In this document: positions 11,401 to 19,451 of the stretch, in pieces | Layout: each line of letters begins with the position of its first letter | Numbering within the stretch: position 1 is the first letter of the stretch | Source: a virus | Taxonomy: Duplodnaviria; Caudoviricetes | DNA: 64,000 nt | Direction: 5' to 3' (one strand) | Virus record (IMG/VR): IMGVR_UViG_3300035556_000130 | Location: 6,281-70,280 of that record | Program-made: the position numbers and the translations under genes | The notes under the pieces: generated by a model | Seen by the model: only the letters and a program-made list of their open reading frames with translations | Database searches by the model: none | What the model was told of the DNA's origin: nothing

Positions 11401-14400
11401 CCAGTCCGAGTTCCTGCAAAGCTGATAGTTTTTTCAGATGAAGCTCCAATGGGCTTCAATCCTTCGTTTCTGGCAGCAAGTGTCTCGGCAGTTATGGGTT
11501 CAGATGTCACCGATCTGGTTAATCCCGTGGTGTCTCGCGCCGTTGCAGCTGCTTTTGCGTCTGTCGGAGTAGCCAGCAATCCACCCTTTACATCTGCGGC
11601 TCGAATGCCAACACCTGGAGCTGTTGGGCTCACAGCTGTCTCAGCTGCCTTTGCAACGGGTATGATGGGTTTACCAGTTACAGTTTCCTTGATAACCGGT
11701 ACCGGGGTCTTGGTAGCCGCGATTTCAACTGCCTGTTTTCCGTCCTTTGAAAGTTCAAATGCTCGACCATCCAGTGTTTCGAGTCGGATTATATCGGGAT
11801 TAGTCGCACCTGCTCCAACTTTGCCGATCAGTTCCGTCCCGCGATATGCATCAACCGTGCCATCAGCAGCCTTAACCAGTTTCAGAGTGTCTATCAGGTC
11901 TCCCCCTTTGGACACAAGACGTATTGGGGACACCCCGATTGTTAATGGTAAAAATATCGCTGCGTTGACACTTTTGTTTGGCGTAAGTGGGCCTAGTACA
12001 GACTCAGCAACGGCCAGTGTCTGGGCCGAGCTATATGGCATGAGTTCATGCCCAGCAGCCGAGGTTGGCAGAAAAGCAAGTGCCGTTCCAAATCCTCTTT
12101 CTTTTTCCATGCCATCGACGTACTTCTTTTCAGCCGGTGTCATGGCTTTGTCGAGAGTTTGCTTATATTCCGTTGATCCTAATTTCGTTTCCAAGACAGG
12201 CTGCATAATGGTATCTGTTGATGCTCCAAGTATCAGTCTTGGATTATTTTTTGCTATTTCTGCAACGGTGTTTTTATCAGCATATGTGAGAGCATTTTTG
12301 AATATTTCATACTGATTTAACCCGCCAACTGTCGGAACGTCTTTAAGGGATGCTCCGGGTTTTGCAAGGTCTTTTGCAATGCTGTTTAATTGGATAAGAC
12401 CCTGTACAGTGGGCTGTACTTGATACCCGTTTTCGTATCCCTCTCCCATCAATTCCATATATGGTTTTTTAGATAACCAATCAGCATATCCCCATGGATC
12501 TTCTGTTTTATCTGGAATTTGTGCTTTGGTGAGTGGTTTCAAGGTGAACATTCCAGAATCGGCTGCTCTCATGTCTGGAACTTGGAAAACAGTTCCGATT
12601 TCGGTCAATATATTGTCTACCCACCCGGTCGATGGTTTTGTGTAGGTGCCGACATCTAAAGTGGCTGCTCTATTTAAAATATCCGTACCAAGATCACCAA
12701 TTTCGTTATCACTGAGTCCTAAATATGCGGTTTTTCGGTACGACCATTCGTTGACTGGGACTGATTGCCCGGTGCTGTCTTTTACAGTTTTGTACGGTTC
12801 CACGGTAAACAAGCCACTGTCGGACATAGCTGCATTGGGTACGGAACTTTGCATTCCGATTTTGACTTTGCCATCGTTTGATGCATATATTCCCATTTTA
12901 CCGCTAGCCAAAGAATCGGCAATCTGTTTATCTAGATATCCAGTGGATTTCAGTGCTTGGTATATAGTCGGGTCCAGGTGTACTACTCTACCCTCGACAG
13001 AACCCTTCACAGCAACTGCTCCGGCTGGCTTTGACACAGATGTTGGGGCAGGTGTAGATGCAACTGGAGCTGGTTTGGTGTACTCCGAATAGCCTCCTTT
13101 AGCAAATTCGGACTTCGTAAGCTTTGATCCGGGTACAATATTTCCAGAGGGTGTTACATATGTCTTGTTGATGTCCAATTCTGAACCCGTTTTGCTGGAA
13201 ACTGTGGTGGTATTTGTAGTTGCAGCCTTTGGCTTGGCTTCGGCAGTTGCCCCTGTTCCAAACAGCTTTTTTACGGCATCATTATAAATACCCGAGAGAC
13301 TCTTGCTAAGCCCAGAGAATATTCCGGTATCCACTTCTTTGGTCTCTGATCTGGCCCCGGCACCGCCGCCGACCTTTGCGGCAGCAGTTGACGGCGTAGC
13401 CCCAACGCTCTGCTTGGTGGTGGCTGATACGGTTTTCGTTTCCGGTGCAGCCGTAGCAGGTTTGGCAGCATATTTTCCAATTCCTCGTCTGGCATCCTCT
13501 GCATCATCTCCAGTGGTTACTTTGCTCCAATCTTCAACCTGAATTGATGGCAGGAGGTCTTGCCGTATTGATGCTAATTTGGTATAATCAACAACCCCGC
13601 CTTTAGTATATGGTTTCAAGGCATCATTGATAGCACCCATGCGCTCGGCAACCGTGGCTGCTGGTGCTTTATCGGGATACAGTTGAGAATATATTGCGCT
13701 TGCGACAGAACTTGCCGATTGCCCAGGCGATATTTTTATAGCGTTGAGCTTGGTTGCTGTTTGAACAGCATTATCAGCCACGACCTTGTTTCCAGTCAGC
13801 ATCTGCTTAATATTGTCGGATATATTCAATTTGGCACGTTGCGCGGCCTGGTCAGCGGCATTTCCTATTTCTAAAATCTTGCTTACACTTTTATCCGAAA
13901 CAGATTTTAGATCAGTCGCCGTTTTTACAGTATTTGCTTTGTTAAATTCGTTGTTGGCTACCCTTAGCAAATTATTCAGTGCTGTATTTGAAAGTGTATA
14001 TAGAGCTGCTTTCTCAGTATCTATTTTCTTAACGGCGGTCTGGGTTGCCTGGTCTGCCACCTTATTAACGGCGTTCAGAATAGTATTGGTCGTCTGTTTA
14101 AGGCTATCAGTGTTACCGGTTTTGAGAGAATTTTTTAATGCAGCCTCGACTTTACTGCTCACATCAATCGATGTTGGAGCCTTGGTTGCAGATGTCAGAG
14201 CCTGATTAAACCTGTTGGTATTTTCCAATAGGCTATTGGCGACGGCAGCTACCTTCGCGGCGGGTGCCGTTTCTATTTCATCAAGTGGGACAGGCTTGAC
14301 ATTTATGGAAGGAGGTGTCACCAGTTCTGTCGCTTGTTTCATAGCTTCTGATATAGCCAGCGTTTCCTGGAGCGAATATCTTGTTGGTGTAAGCGGGGTG

Positions 14401-14903
14401 TAGGTTATGGTTTTTACTGGAGCGGGGGTCGATAATTTATCTACCACCCCTTGAACACCTCCTTTAAGTGTGCCTCCAACTACGCCCACCTTGGAACCCA
14501 ATCCTGCCGCGGGTGCTGGAGCTGACAATGGCTTCAGTCCCACGTTTCGGGAGGCCAGCGTCTCGGGTGATATAGGTACATTTACGCCGCTTGTTAGTGA
14601 CGCCTGTATTGCTTGTGCTGGGGTCACAGTCGTTGTTTTGGGATAAAACTCTAATCGAATTTCTTTTTCGTATGACGGCTGCGACGCAGGTGTAGATTTT
14701 ATAAACTCGGTTATTGATGGCGCGGGAGCTGGGGCTGCTTTTGCCTGCGTTACAGGGGCCATCATTTTTTCCAACGTACTCAGTTTTGCAGCAGCCGATG
14801 ACGAGGAGCTGCTGGACTTGGCCGGTGTTGTGGTAGTCTTTCCGCTGCTCCCGCCAAGGCTCACGGTGGCGGGTTTTGATGAAGAACCTAGTTTAACTGC
14901 CAT
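5469..14903 (-). CDS. Giant protein of about 3,145 aa, probably virion-associated; low-complexity N-terminus, coiled coils, one hydrophobic segment, C-terminal PEGA domain
   Basis: 9.4-kb open frame; PEGA-like VEAGIHTITIKKDGYKPYTLPVQV; hydrophobic ITGSLIGGWAVANSALFIYFAA; start ATG 14903 or GTG 14912. Confidence 0.85.
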   Translation of the reverse strand: MAVKLGSSSKPATVSLGGSSGKTTTTPAKSSSSSSSAAAKLSTLEKMMAPVTQAKAAPAPAPSITEFIKSTPASQPSYEKEIRLEFYPKTTTVTPAQAIQASLTSGVNVPISPETLASRNVGLKPLSAPAPAAGLGSKVGVVGGTLKGGVQGVVDKLSTPAPVKTITYTPLTPTRYSLQETLAISEAMKQATELVTPPSINVKPVPLDEIETAPAAKVAAVANSLLENTNRFNQALTSATKAPTSIDVSSKVEAALKNSLKTGNTDSLKQTTNTILNAVNKVADQATQTAVKKIDTEKAALYTLSNTALNNLLRVANNEFNKANTVKTATDLKSVSDKSVSKILEIGNAADQAAQRAKLNISDNIKQMLTGNKVVADNAVQTATKLNAIKISPGQSASSVASAIYSQLYPDKAPAATVAERMGAINDALKPYTKGGVVDYTKLASIRQDLLPSIQVEDWSKVTTGDDAEDARRGIGKYAAKPATAAPETKTVSATTKQSVGATPSTAAAKVGGGAGARSETKEVDTGIFSGLSKSLSGIYNDAVKKLFGTGATAEAKPKAATTNTTTVSSKTGSELDINKTYVTPSGNIVPGSKLTKSEFAKGGYSEYTKPAPVASTPAPTSVSKPAGAVAVKGSVEGRVVHLDPTIYQALKSTGYLDKQIADSLASGKMGIYASNDGKVKIGMQSSVPNAAMSDSGLFTVEPYKTVKDSTGQSVPVNEWSYRKTAYLGLSDNEIGDLGTDILNRAATLDVGTYTKPSTGWVDNILTEIGTVFQVPDMRAADSGMFTLKPLTKAQIPDKTEDPWGYADWLSKKPYMELMGEGYENGYQVQPTVQGLIQLNSIAKDLAKPGASLKDVPTVGGLNQYEIFKNALTYADKNTVAEIAKNNPRLILGASTDTIMQPVLETKLGSTEYKQTLDKAMTPAEKKYVDGMEKERGFGTALAFLPTSAAGHELMPYSSAQTLAVAESVLGPLTPNKSVNAAIFLPLTIGVSPIRLVSKGGDLIDTLKLVKAADGTVDAYRGTELIGKVGAGATNPDIIRLETLDGRAFELSKDGKQAVEIAATKTPVPVIKETVTGKPIIPVAKAAETAVSPTAPGVGIRAADVKGGLLATPTDAKAAATARDTTGLTRSVTSEPITAETLAARNEGLKPIGASSEKTISFAGTRTGAATETKFFDMKKGTILDEGFKPFDVVDPVGNRFTIAKVRETGVMETTDGKYLVDIDGKGNYYQVHKDYVPAKKVALTVDESGNPIITKVSRPGSVDTWQITYTDDFGNVQDVVTTRPITTNDDALALATEWDARLKSLPEQYQGTGSHAPTSVSDEMLGGPDGYGGEMGDAGPIGGGGGYVDDATGGSIVTGQDVSQWAYNQNWGTELRSLDNGKTWQVKDPETGNILSTTEYEELVLKRTADRSPKYDAELNTYTKLNKDGSKVYQDSAGNWVSKADLDAERAAIARNNPTYTYGIDETKNNARTRTNSVTQEVQYMDPQTGNWLSKEQFDKLMEAEEAPIWNSEGGYYYFRNKDGTFEILNPYTNVRQTPEEYGKYLSDRLAATTPTTTTPTITTPTTTTPTEYVPSYVAPTQSELSTLYNDMIASLAAREGGVEGVADAWTRFTQTADFGQFAQSGDVSLLAKAKNGEILTETEIARIQYLRSQMSDAARIAFDEAVGDAPINMMPLSEFQNHVTASKDSIKNLSDADIKSSNLGPEKEIIVHQAKAEANMDDFLQFNEFKEASKADQDVIMDEIRYFIGEPTTTPNLLEKFNAIKATWTAKATLAWNKIVESLKSAKELISQMPASWLDENADFSMAELILGNSKYSDILVVTGTKGPTKASLAKAFEKALQDGHAITGANGWQAAPHKFKKMDGWAVRSPEGEFQFIRKNDIVFSADEAMNVASTPVKMFFWEKPVNVPTDFRVPENASGSKIVAISKADPYAADEAVWKGLTESGGLDFDMTKDFVKIDLLTEDGILWSTVREADKSNAFQIGRTVEVVEKDAVRIGEMSGIDLQRLDADTFKALVDDPNVQALIRGIPDEDLQYLTKYLDETRAKMVDDVRKSPEITPEVVPTETPSIKVPEETPSTRTPETAPDAITPESLASEYQEAQRAVAAKTAERIAVEDELSDLGRQIQELGSKLEAAPAREKAGIKSQIDGLKAQVDALKNRARRLNQEVYDSRNVQQARGNQIINGQTTVDDLIRQLDGLSVRDGRAALDEALAKSDDLKAYLRNTSREEAESLAMAISEKLGSDRSAAEKIMGFHYQGAVSRIDDATRAKMSATDQEYIRKAMTRQLNQNDYQQVTRIVDNAKAYEGVSVGADLGRLKLDNILDSSMANKSDELRKLLEDPDVRAALKDEAFADEAFNKVYDVDPVVGQRYQRAGQDAIISDIKAHPNYNSLSGKQKEFIEAFYSKRIITPDDLETLAQIREILPMDKFTKFIRGSVLGSAGAVARWAYRNKFKITGSLIGGWAVANSALFIYFAAEEGVQSLIQLTGYNVPEDMFAEQMNAIGIPAINSIKEKLAPFDWFLDNVPFARNVFPAPDGFKWFMDWAALGQIADKLGKLERAGVWVKDEGCDSVGEGCWGHIRPESERPQYWALHPETIAFCNGDLVRRIYDMQDDGSVGPNNMIAKGLGITDPNEAIAVGLGHMIAAGNQGAKDTLTKEFTSAYNQLVKGGAESELANQAYMNAKANITAEPATGPVITPDNYYVDQQGHVIKGSDVKDPSAIIGQMMPDGTVKSLTTVGSTSPVITMDGLTPQQRAVLGVAPTSIDAVSRYAQYNGSQPQDAIVWRAIFTNADGSINMKKLESAYPDMTPAQITAIFQKEAVSKTISNELAAISDPVVLAAKIKEYKASGLVDDNARIEQYMPAEQAAIFTARQNNPANFKVTATGTTVSWIDDTGYPHTTGIIQSGKLLNPLTGQYDIDQKKTTSDGSEYTIDTGKYAEFINSGSTDIEAFLANDENYNQTWRGSGSKTSGGGGGGGSGGYSSGRSGGSTYSKSTGETGIFIDAAGLNADVYEGTERIGSTDEIISVEAGIHTITIKKDGYKPYTLPVQVYSGSIARKSVTLYQDTTPDDTKSRAVRFVDAMGGIEAITPDHIVYAYAIARSNTELATTAKAEATPKITGNWAFVADDVKELIALYREA

Positions 14904-14930
14904 TACTGTCACGACCGCTCCGGGGTGTAG

Positions 14931-15288
14931 GGGTAGCGGAAGCCTCGGCCTTTATGCCGAGGAGGAGCGTGCCCCACCCATTACTTTCGCTGTGCTTTGC
15001 ATACATATTTAACATGTCAAATCCATCTCCTGTATTGTACTTGGGCATCTCAGGCACCCACCGGGTAAACCGCTCGATGCCGATCCTGTACGGCTCTGCC
15101 AGACTCTTGCCCGAAAGGGAACGGCTGAAACACGATTTGAGGCCGTCTCTGGCAGATCTGAGGCCAACGTTCCAGCAAGACTGGAACCTCTGCGATTCGT
15201 CGGCGCATGTAGGCTGGCCTGGAGGTCCGGGCAGATCTCTCTGCTCAGGGCTGCTGAAAGCTCCGGTCTTCGGGCCGGAGTAGCTTAC
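14931..15288 (+). mobile_element. Non-autonomous IS200/IS605-type element, about 358 bp
   Basis: Left-type hairpin CCTCGGC/GCCGAGG+AGGAGCG (14943-14969); right end AAGCTCCGGTCTTCGGGCCGGAGTAGCTTAC (to 15288). Confidence 0.75.
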
Positions 15289-15518
15289 GACCTGCCTTTT
15301 CTACGGCTTTCTTGAACATCTTATCGATGTTTTGTTGGGCTTCTTTAGCTTTTTTCTCCAATTCTTCTTTACTTATCATGCAGACCACAACTATATCATG
15401 GAATGCTCAAGGATTTATATGTTGGGTGCAAAAAGGTTGTCCATGCAAATTAGAGTAAGCTGCGGATTGATAACCGAACTTGATTCGCCGTTGTTAAAGA
15501 TTCCGGGAGGTGACGAAC

Positions 15519-16736
15519 ATGGCAGAGGAAGAAATAGCACTGAATCTGACCCAATCGATGGGTCTGTTAGAAATTGAAAATCCAATTGATGCCAAAGCTC
15601 GTCAGTGGTTGGTTAGGATACAGACAAATTTTTGGCAGTTTGATGCTGCTGTCCGAACCAGGGTTACTTGGTTTAATGACCAGCATTACAACCCATTAAA
15701 GGTATATGAAGGCATTCTGCCGCATTACGAAGCCATGAGAGCAGACCTAGAAGAGTTCAAAAAATATCTAGACGTCAATGGATTTCCTGTGAATTCGGCA
15801 TATTACAAATATTACGATGCCTATATGAAATACTATGATGCATACACTGATGTGGCGAAACCTCCGGCTCTTGTACAGGAGGAACTAGACAAAGGCAAGA
15901 TTGTGGGGATATGTACCAGGGTTGATGATGGAGACACTATTTTCATAGGTGACAAAGAAATCAGGCTTGCTGGAATTGATTCTGCTGAAAAAGGAACATA
16001 TACCGGGTCCGGGCCTGCAACTGCGCGAATGAAAGAACTGGTTCTGGGGAAGGTAATTACGGTATATTTTGATCCCCATTCGCCTATGGAAATGTATCGC
16101 CGGGTTCTGGGCGCGGTATATCTTGGAGATGGAAACGAGGAGGAGTTGTACAAACGAGACGATTGGAAAAAAATATTTGTCAACTATATAATGGTTGATG
16201 AGTGCTTGTCTAGCCCCAACAACAAAGGGCGAAATATGTACATAGATCACGACGAACTTAAAGCAGCATACGAAAAATGCAAGATTGCCGAACTCCCGAA
16301 CTTGGTTCGTGTAGAGTTCAAATCCAAGCCCACCCACGCGATGATCTTTGTGGATGGCCAGGATACTCATCGTATAACTCCTGATCACTGGGATGTATTG
16401 CCAGGGAAACACGACATAGCCCTGGTTGCAGATGGATGTAGCTCTCATCACGAAACCATCAACGTTACCAGAGGCAAGAACGAGATTTATCGGGTATTGC
16501 CGCCAATTCCAACAGCAACTGGGAATATCAACATCTTTACAACTCCCCAAGATTGCGATATCATAATAAATGATATGCCGCAGGGTGTTGCCCCAATAAT
16601 CGGATTGAAAGAAATAGCAAATGAGCTGATAACAGTGACCGCTGTTAAGGAAGGTTATCAGTCCAGGACAGAACAAATAATCCCAATTGCTGGAAGAACT
16701 TTGACGATAACGTTTGATCCACTTGAAAAAATCTAG
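15519..16736 (+). CDS. SNase (thermonuclease) with two C-terminal PEGA domains
   Basis: VDDGDTI, IRLAGIDSAE, MYRRVLGAVY; PEGA-like SKPTHAMIFVDG..PGKHDIALV and TTPQDCDIIIND..ITVTAVKEGY; GGAGGTGA upstream of ATG 15519. Confidence 0.88.
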   Translation: MAEEEIALNLTQSMGLLEIENPIDAKARQWLVRIQTNFWQFDAAVRTRVTWFNDQHYNPLKVYEGILPHYEAMRADLEEFKKYLDVNGFPVNSAYYKYYDAYMKYYDAYTDVAKPPALVQEELDKGKIVGICTRVDDGDTIFIGDKEIRLAGIDSAEKGTYTGSGPATARMKELVLGKVITVYFDPHSPMEMYRRVLGAVYLGDGNEEELYKRDDWKKIFVNYIMVDECLSSPNNKGRNMYIDHDELKAAYEKCKIAELPNLVRVEFKSKPTHAMIFVDGQDTHRITPDHWDVLPGKHDIALVADGCSSHHETINVTRGKNEIYRVLPPIPTATGNINIFTTPQDCDIIINDMPQGVAPIIGLKEIANELITVTAVKEGYQSRTEQIIPIAGRTLTITFDPLEKI

Positions 16737-16777
16737 GTCAGTTACCCGCCCCCTGAAGGAGAGGGGTCCCCTTGCGC
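16737..16777 (-). mobile_element. 41-bp collapsed IS605-type palindrome
   Basis: Minus strand GCGCAAGGGGAC-hairpin(TTCAG loop)-GTAACTGAC combines the left flank of the 36913 element with a right-end terminus. Confidence 0.65.
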
Positions 16778-17155
16778 CTACGATATGGCAAGAGGAAGAA
16801 CCAGATCTTTACCATCTCCTTTTATTACTTTTATCATTTTTCCAAGTTCTGTAAAATCCATTCCAGAATCATTTATTATAAGAAGGCCACCCTTCCCAAT
16901 TATGACATTTTCCGATAATGAATATACTGTTACTTTACGATTTGTATCGTTTTTGGATTGCTTCTTAGCCAGAAATCCATCGGCAACCATCCGGTCCAGG
17001 TGTTTTTTGAAAGCATTAATCTTCCGATGTCGATCTGCATCGGACTCGATGCCGTATATCTCCTGTACCAGCTCAGTCAGGGACCGGGGTTCACCCCTTT
17101 CAAGTATTTCTATGGCCTTTACATCAGCCTCATTCAGAATCCAGTTTCTGCTCAA
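16778..17155 (-). CDS. Winged-helix (ArsR/MarR-like) transcription regulator
   Basis: PRSLTELVQEIY...AFKKHLDRMVADGFL...VTVYSL. Confidence 0.75.
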   Translation of the reverse strand: MSRNWILNEADVKAIEILERGEPRSLTELVQEIYGIESDADRHRKINAFKKHLDRMVADGFLAKKQSKNDTNRKVTVYSLSENVIIGKGGLLIINDSGMDFTELGKMIKVIKGDGKDLVLPLAIS

Positions 17156-17387
17156 TCACTTCCACCCCCGTACCAATCACGCGGACGCGAACACCCGATA
17201 GTCGCAATGCTATCGCATAAGCGCACATCGGGTGGCCGTTGTCACTAAGTATCTGGCAAAGAGAACGTGCTAGTTGAGCTGCATATGGGCTATATCCGCC
17301 CGGATTGTCGAGCATGCATAACATCGCCCGACGTCTTTTTGGCATGTTGTTGACTTCTATGTCCAGCTCAACATCGATCATAGTCAT
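17130..17387 (-). CDS. Hypothetical protein, 85 aa
   Basis: Overlapping start/stop coupling in a minus-strand operon. Confidence 0.6.
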   Translation of the reverse strand: MTMIDVELDIEVNNMPKRRRAMLCMLDNPGGYSPYAAQLARSLCQILSDNGHPMCAYAIALRLSGVRVRVIGTGVEVIEQKLDSE

Positions 17388-17755
17388 CCAAACATGTCAT
17401 GGGTTGGGACCATATTTGATATTTGGTCCATGTATGCCTGTTTTCCATCGTTGGCCATTTCTTCATACTTTTTCTGAACTGTCTTTATATTATCATCATA
17501 CCCAAAATTCATTTTATATTTCTCAATCTGCAAGGTCCATACATATTCTGCCCCATCCTTCTCGGAGTTGTGCATGACGATAAATCCAGTTGCCGGGATG
17601 AAGAAATTTATATGATCACAGTCTACTCTATAACACCCTCTCGTTCCGAACAGAAACTTTAACAGTTTGGACGATATACAATTATCATAATACCATACAG
17701 TCCACTGTTTATTGGCAGGTGGTTCACCAAACAATATTCTTCGTATTCTACTCAT
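17384..17755 (-). CDS. Hypothetical protein, 123 aa
   Basis: Coupled ORF in the operon. Confidence 0.65.
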   Translation of the reverse strand: MSRIRRILFGEPPANKQWTVWYYDNCISSKLLKFLFGTRGCYRVDCDHINFFIPATGFIVMHNSEKDGAEYVWTLQIEKYKMNFGYDDNIKTVQKKYEEMANDGKQAYMDQISNMVPTHDMFG

Positions 17756-18593
17756 TTTTCAACGCCTCCCTTGCTTCTTCTATTGAAGCATGCTCTCCTC
17801 TATAGAGAGATGCTGCAATCTTCATTTTATTCTTTTGGGGCAACCCATCCAGACGAGGATCTGCCATTACTTTTGAACTAAACTCGATCCAAGCGTTTTT
17901 CTTGCCAGGTTTTTCTTCTTCGGCGATTGCGGAGGTGCCCTGTACTTTGTCATAGCCAGCACTGAGGAAGTTTTCATCTATTACGCTCATGGTTCTGGTA
18001 ACCAGTTTTTTTACTTCTTCTTCGCATTCCGAGGAGCCGTGCTTGCACAGTGCTCGAACAAACTCGCCATGCGAGGCTACTATATCTGCATCGCCTTTGC
18101 AGATATCACATTGATTTGTGGCTTCTTCTATTCTGATCTTATCCACGAATTCATCTATGTTGCCGGTTTCTATCAATTTCAGAGCATCTATATAAGTCCC
18201 AGCTGATCTTATAAATGCCTCCTCAACATCTGCCGGTACGTTTCGGGTTTTCTGATATGAAATAGATCCATCGTTTGGTTTTGGCTTGCTTTTCTCAGTT
18301 GATGTTGCAGATGGTGTCGACGGTGTTGCTTCACCCCAGGGGGCCCTATGGTAATGTTTCAAATATGCCCCCGACACATAAAAGGCGCAGCCGCACATTT
18401 GATCAGGCGGTTCCTTTGCTGGGTCATTTATTCTTTTCAGCGCATCCTCACAGGGGCATTGCTCTGCATGTCCGCAAGGGCATCTCCCATCATTCTCGGC
18501 CAAAAGCTGCTCCCATTCTTGAGGAGACGTTCTTCCGTGAATAAAAATGCCGTTATTGTTAGCGAAGTCAATCAGGTCTTTGGCCGTGCTCAT
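17748..18593 (-). CDS. Protein with N-terminal ferredoxin-thioredoxin reductase catalytic-subunit-like domain
   Basis: LLAENDGRCPCG..QCPC...MCGCAFYV resembles the CPC/CPC/CHC pattern of FTR catalytic chains. Confidence 0.55.
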   Translation of the reverse strand: MSTAKDLIDFANNNGIFIHGRTSPQEWEQLLAENDGRCPCGHAEQCPCEDALKRINDPAKEPPDQMCGCAFYVSGAYLKHYHRAPWGEATPSTPSATSTEKSKPKPNDGSISYQKTRNVPADVEEAFIRSAGTYIDALKLIETGNIDEFVDKIRIEEATNQCDICKGDADIVASHGEFVRALCKHGSSECEEEVKKLVTRTMSVIDENFLSAGYDKVQGTSAIAEEEKPGKKNAWIEFSSKVMADPRLDGLPQKNKMKIAASLYRGEHASIEEAREALKNE

Positions 18594-19006
18594 ATCTGGG
18601 ACCCCGACTGAATCCTATAGAATTTTACGATCTTGGCTACATCTTCCGGCAATGTTTTTCCGGCACTTTCCATTTCGTCCGCCCATTTAAGAATTGCTTC
18701 GGTATTAGCTGCGTTGTGTGTCTTGGCAAAGTCTATCTGAGCCTGTATAAAGGCAGACGGATTGCTAGATGATTTTATTGCCATATATATTATTTCTGAG
18801 CCTTTCTTTATGGACTTAACGTCCTTGGCTATTTCCTCCATTTCCTTGCGGCATGCATTGCGCTCCGTTTCGTTGGGAACAAATTCACAGGCTCCCCTGG
18901 CAGAGTTCCAGGCAGTCATGATCTCTGGTACTAGGCACTGCACGCAAGGCTTGTCCTTGGCTTGTTCAGGCGTATCAGCTACATGTGGGTCTACGTTGTC
19001 TGTCAT
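18590..19006 (-). CDS. Hypothetical Cys-containing protein, 138 aa
   Basis: CVQC...C...C; coupled ORF. Confidence 0.65.
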   Translation of the reverse strand: MTDNVDPHVADTPEQAKDKPCVQCLVPEIMTAWNSARGACEFVPNETERNACRKEMEEIAKDVKSIKKGSEIIYMAIKSSSNPSAFIQAQIDFAKTHNAANTEAILKWADEMESAGKTLPEDVAKIVKFYRIQSGSQI

Positions 19007-19016
19007 ACTACCACCT

Positions 19017-19451
19017 TTATCTTTTTATATAATAATTCTTCCTAAGAGGCGGCAATGTCTCCGGCTCAACAAGGATTGCATTGCCATTGTTGATCGCGCT
19101 TATGAGATTAGCCAGTACAGAATCCGGAAACACCACTAATTCCACTTCACCTCTAGATATCAAATCTAACAGCTCTGCAACGATGGCCTCTTGCCGAACG
19201 TTTCCTGGCAGTTCCTGCGGTGCTTCTCCATCCCTGATAATACGATCTGCAATCAGGTGATACCTTGCAGACCAAGCCGCCGCGAAGTCGCCAGTTGCTA
19301 TTAGCATATCATCCACGACTCCATCATCATGAAAAAATCGTCGGTGATTTGGCCCTTCCTTGCTCATTATGTCCATCATCTGGTGGACGTGTGGAAACTT
19401 TCGTCCGATCAATATATCATCGATGTTATAATGGATTTCATGCTGTGGCAT
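19017..19451 (-). CDS. His/Asp-rich putative metal-binding hydrolase
   Basis: HE..H, PHVHQMMD, NHRRFFHD, YHLIAD. Confidence 0.5.
   Translation of the reverse strand: MPQHEIHYNIDDILIGRKFPHVHQMMDIMSKEGPNHRRFFHDDGVVDDMLIATGDFAAAWSARYHLIADRIIRDGEAPQELPGNVRQEAIVAELLDLISRGEVELVVFPDSVLANLISAINNGNAILVEPETLPPLRKNYYIKR

Noticed and set aside
5882-15012. Many track ORFs of 60-364 aa overlapping the giant gene
   Set aside because: Antisense or alternative-frame shadows of a low-complexity coding region; no RBS or motifs
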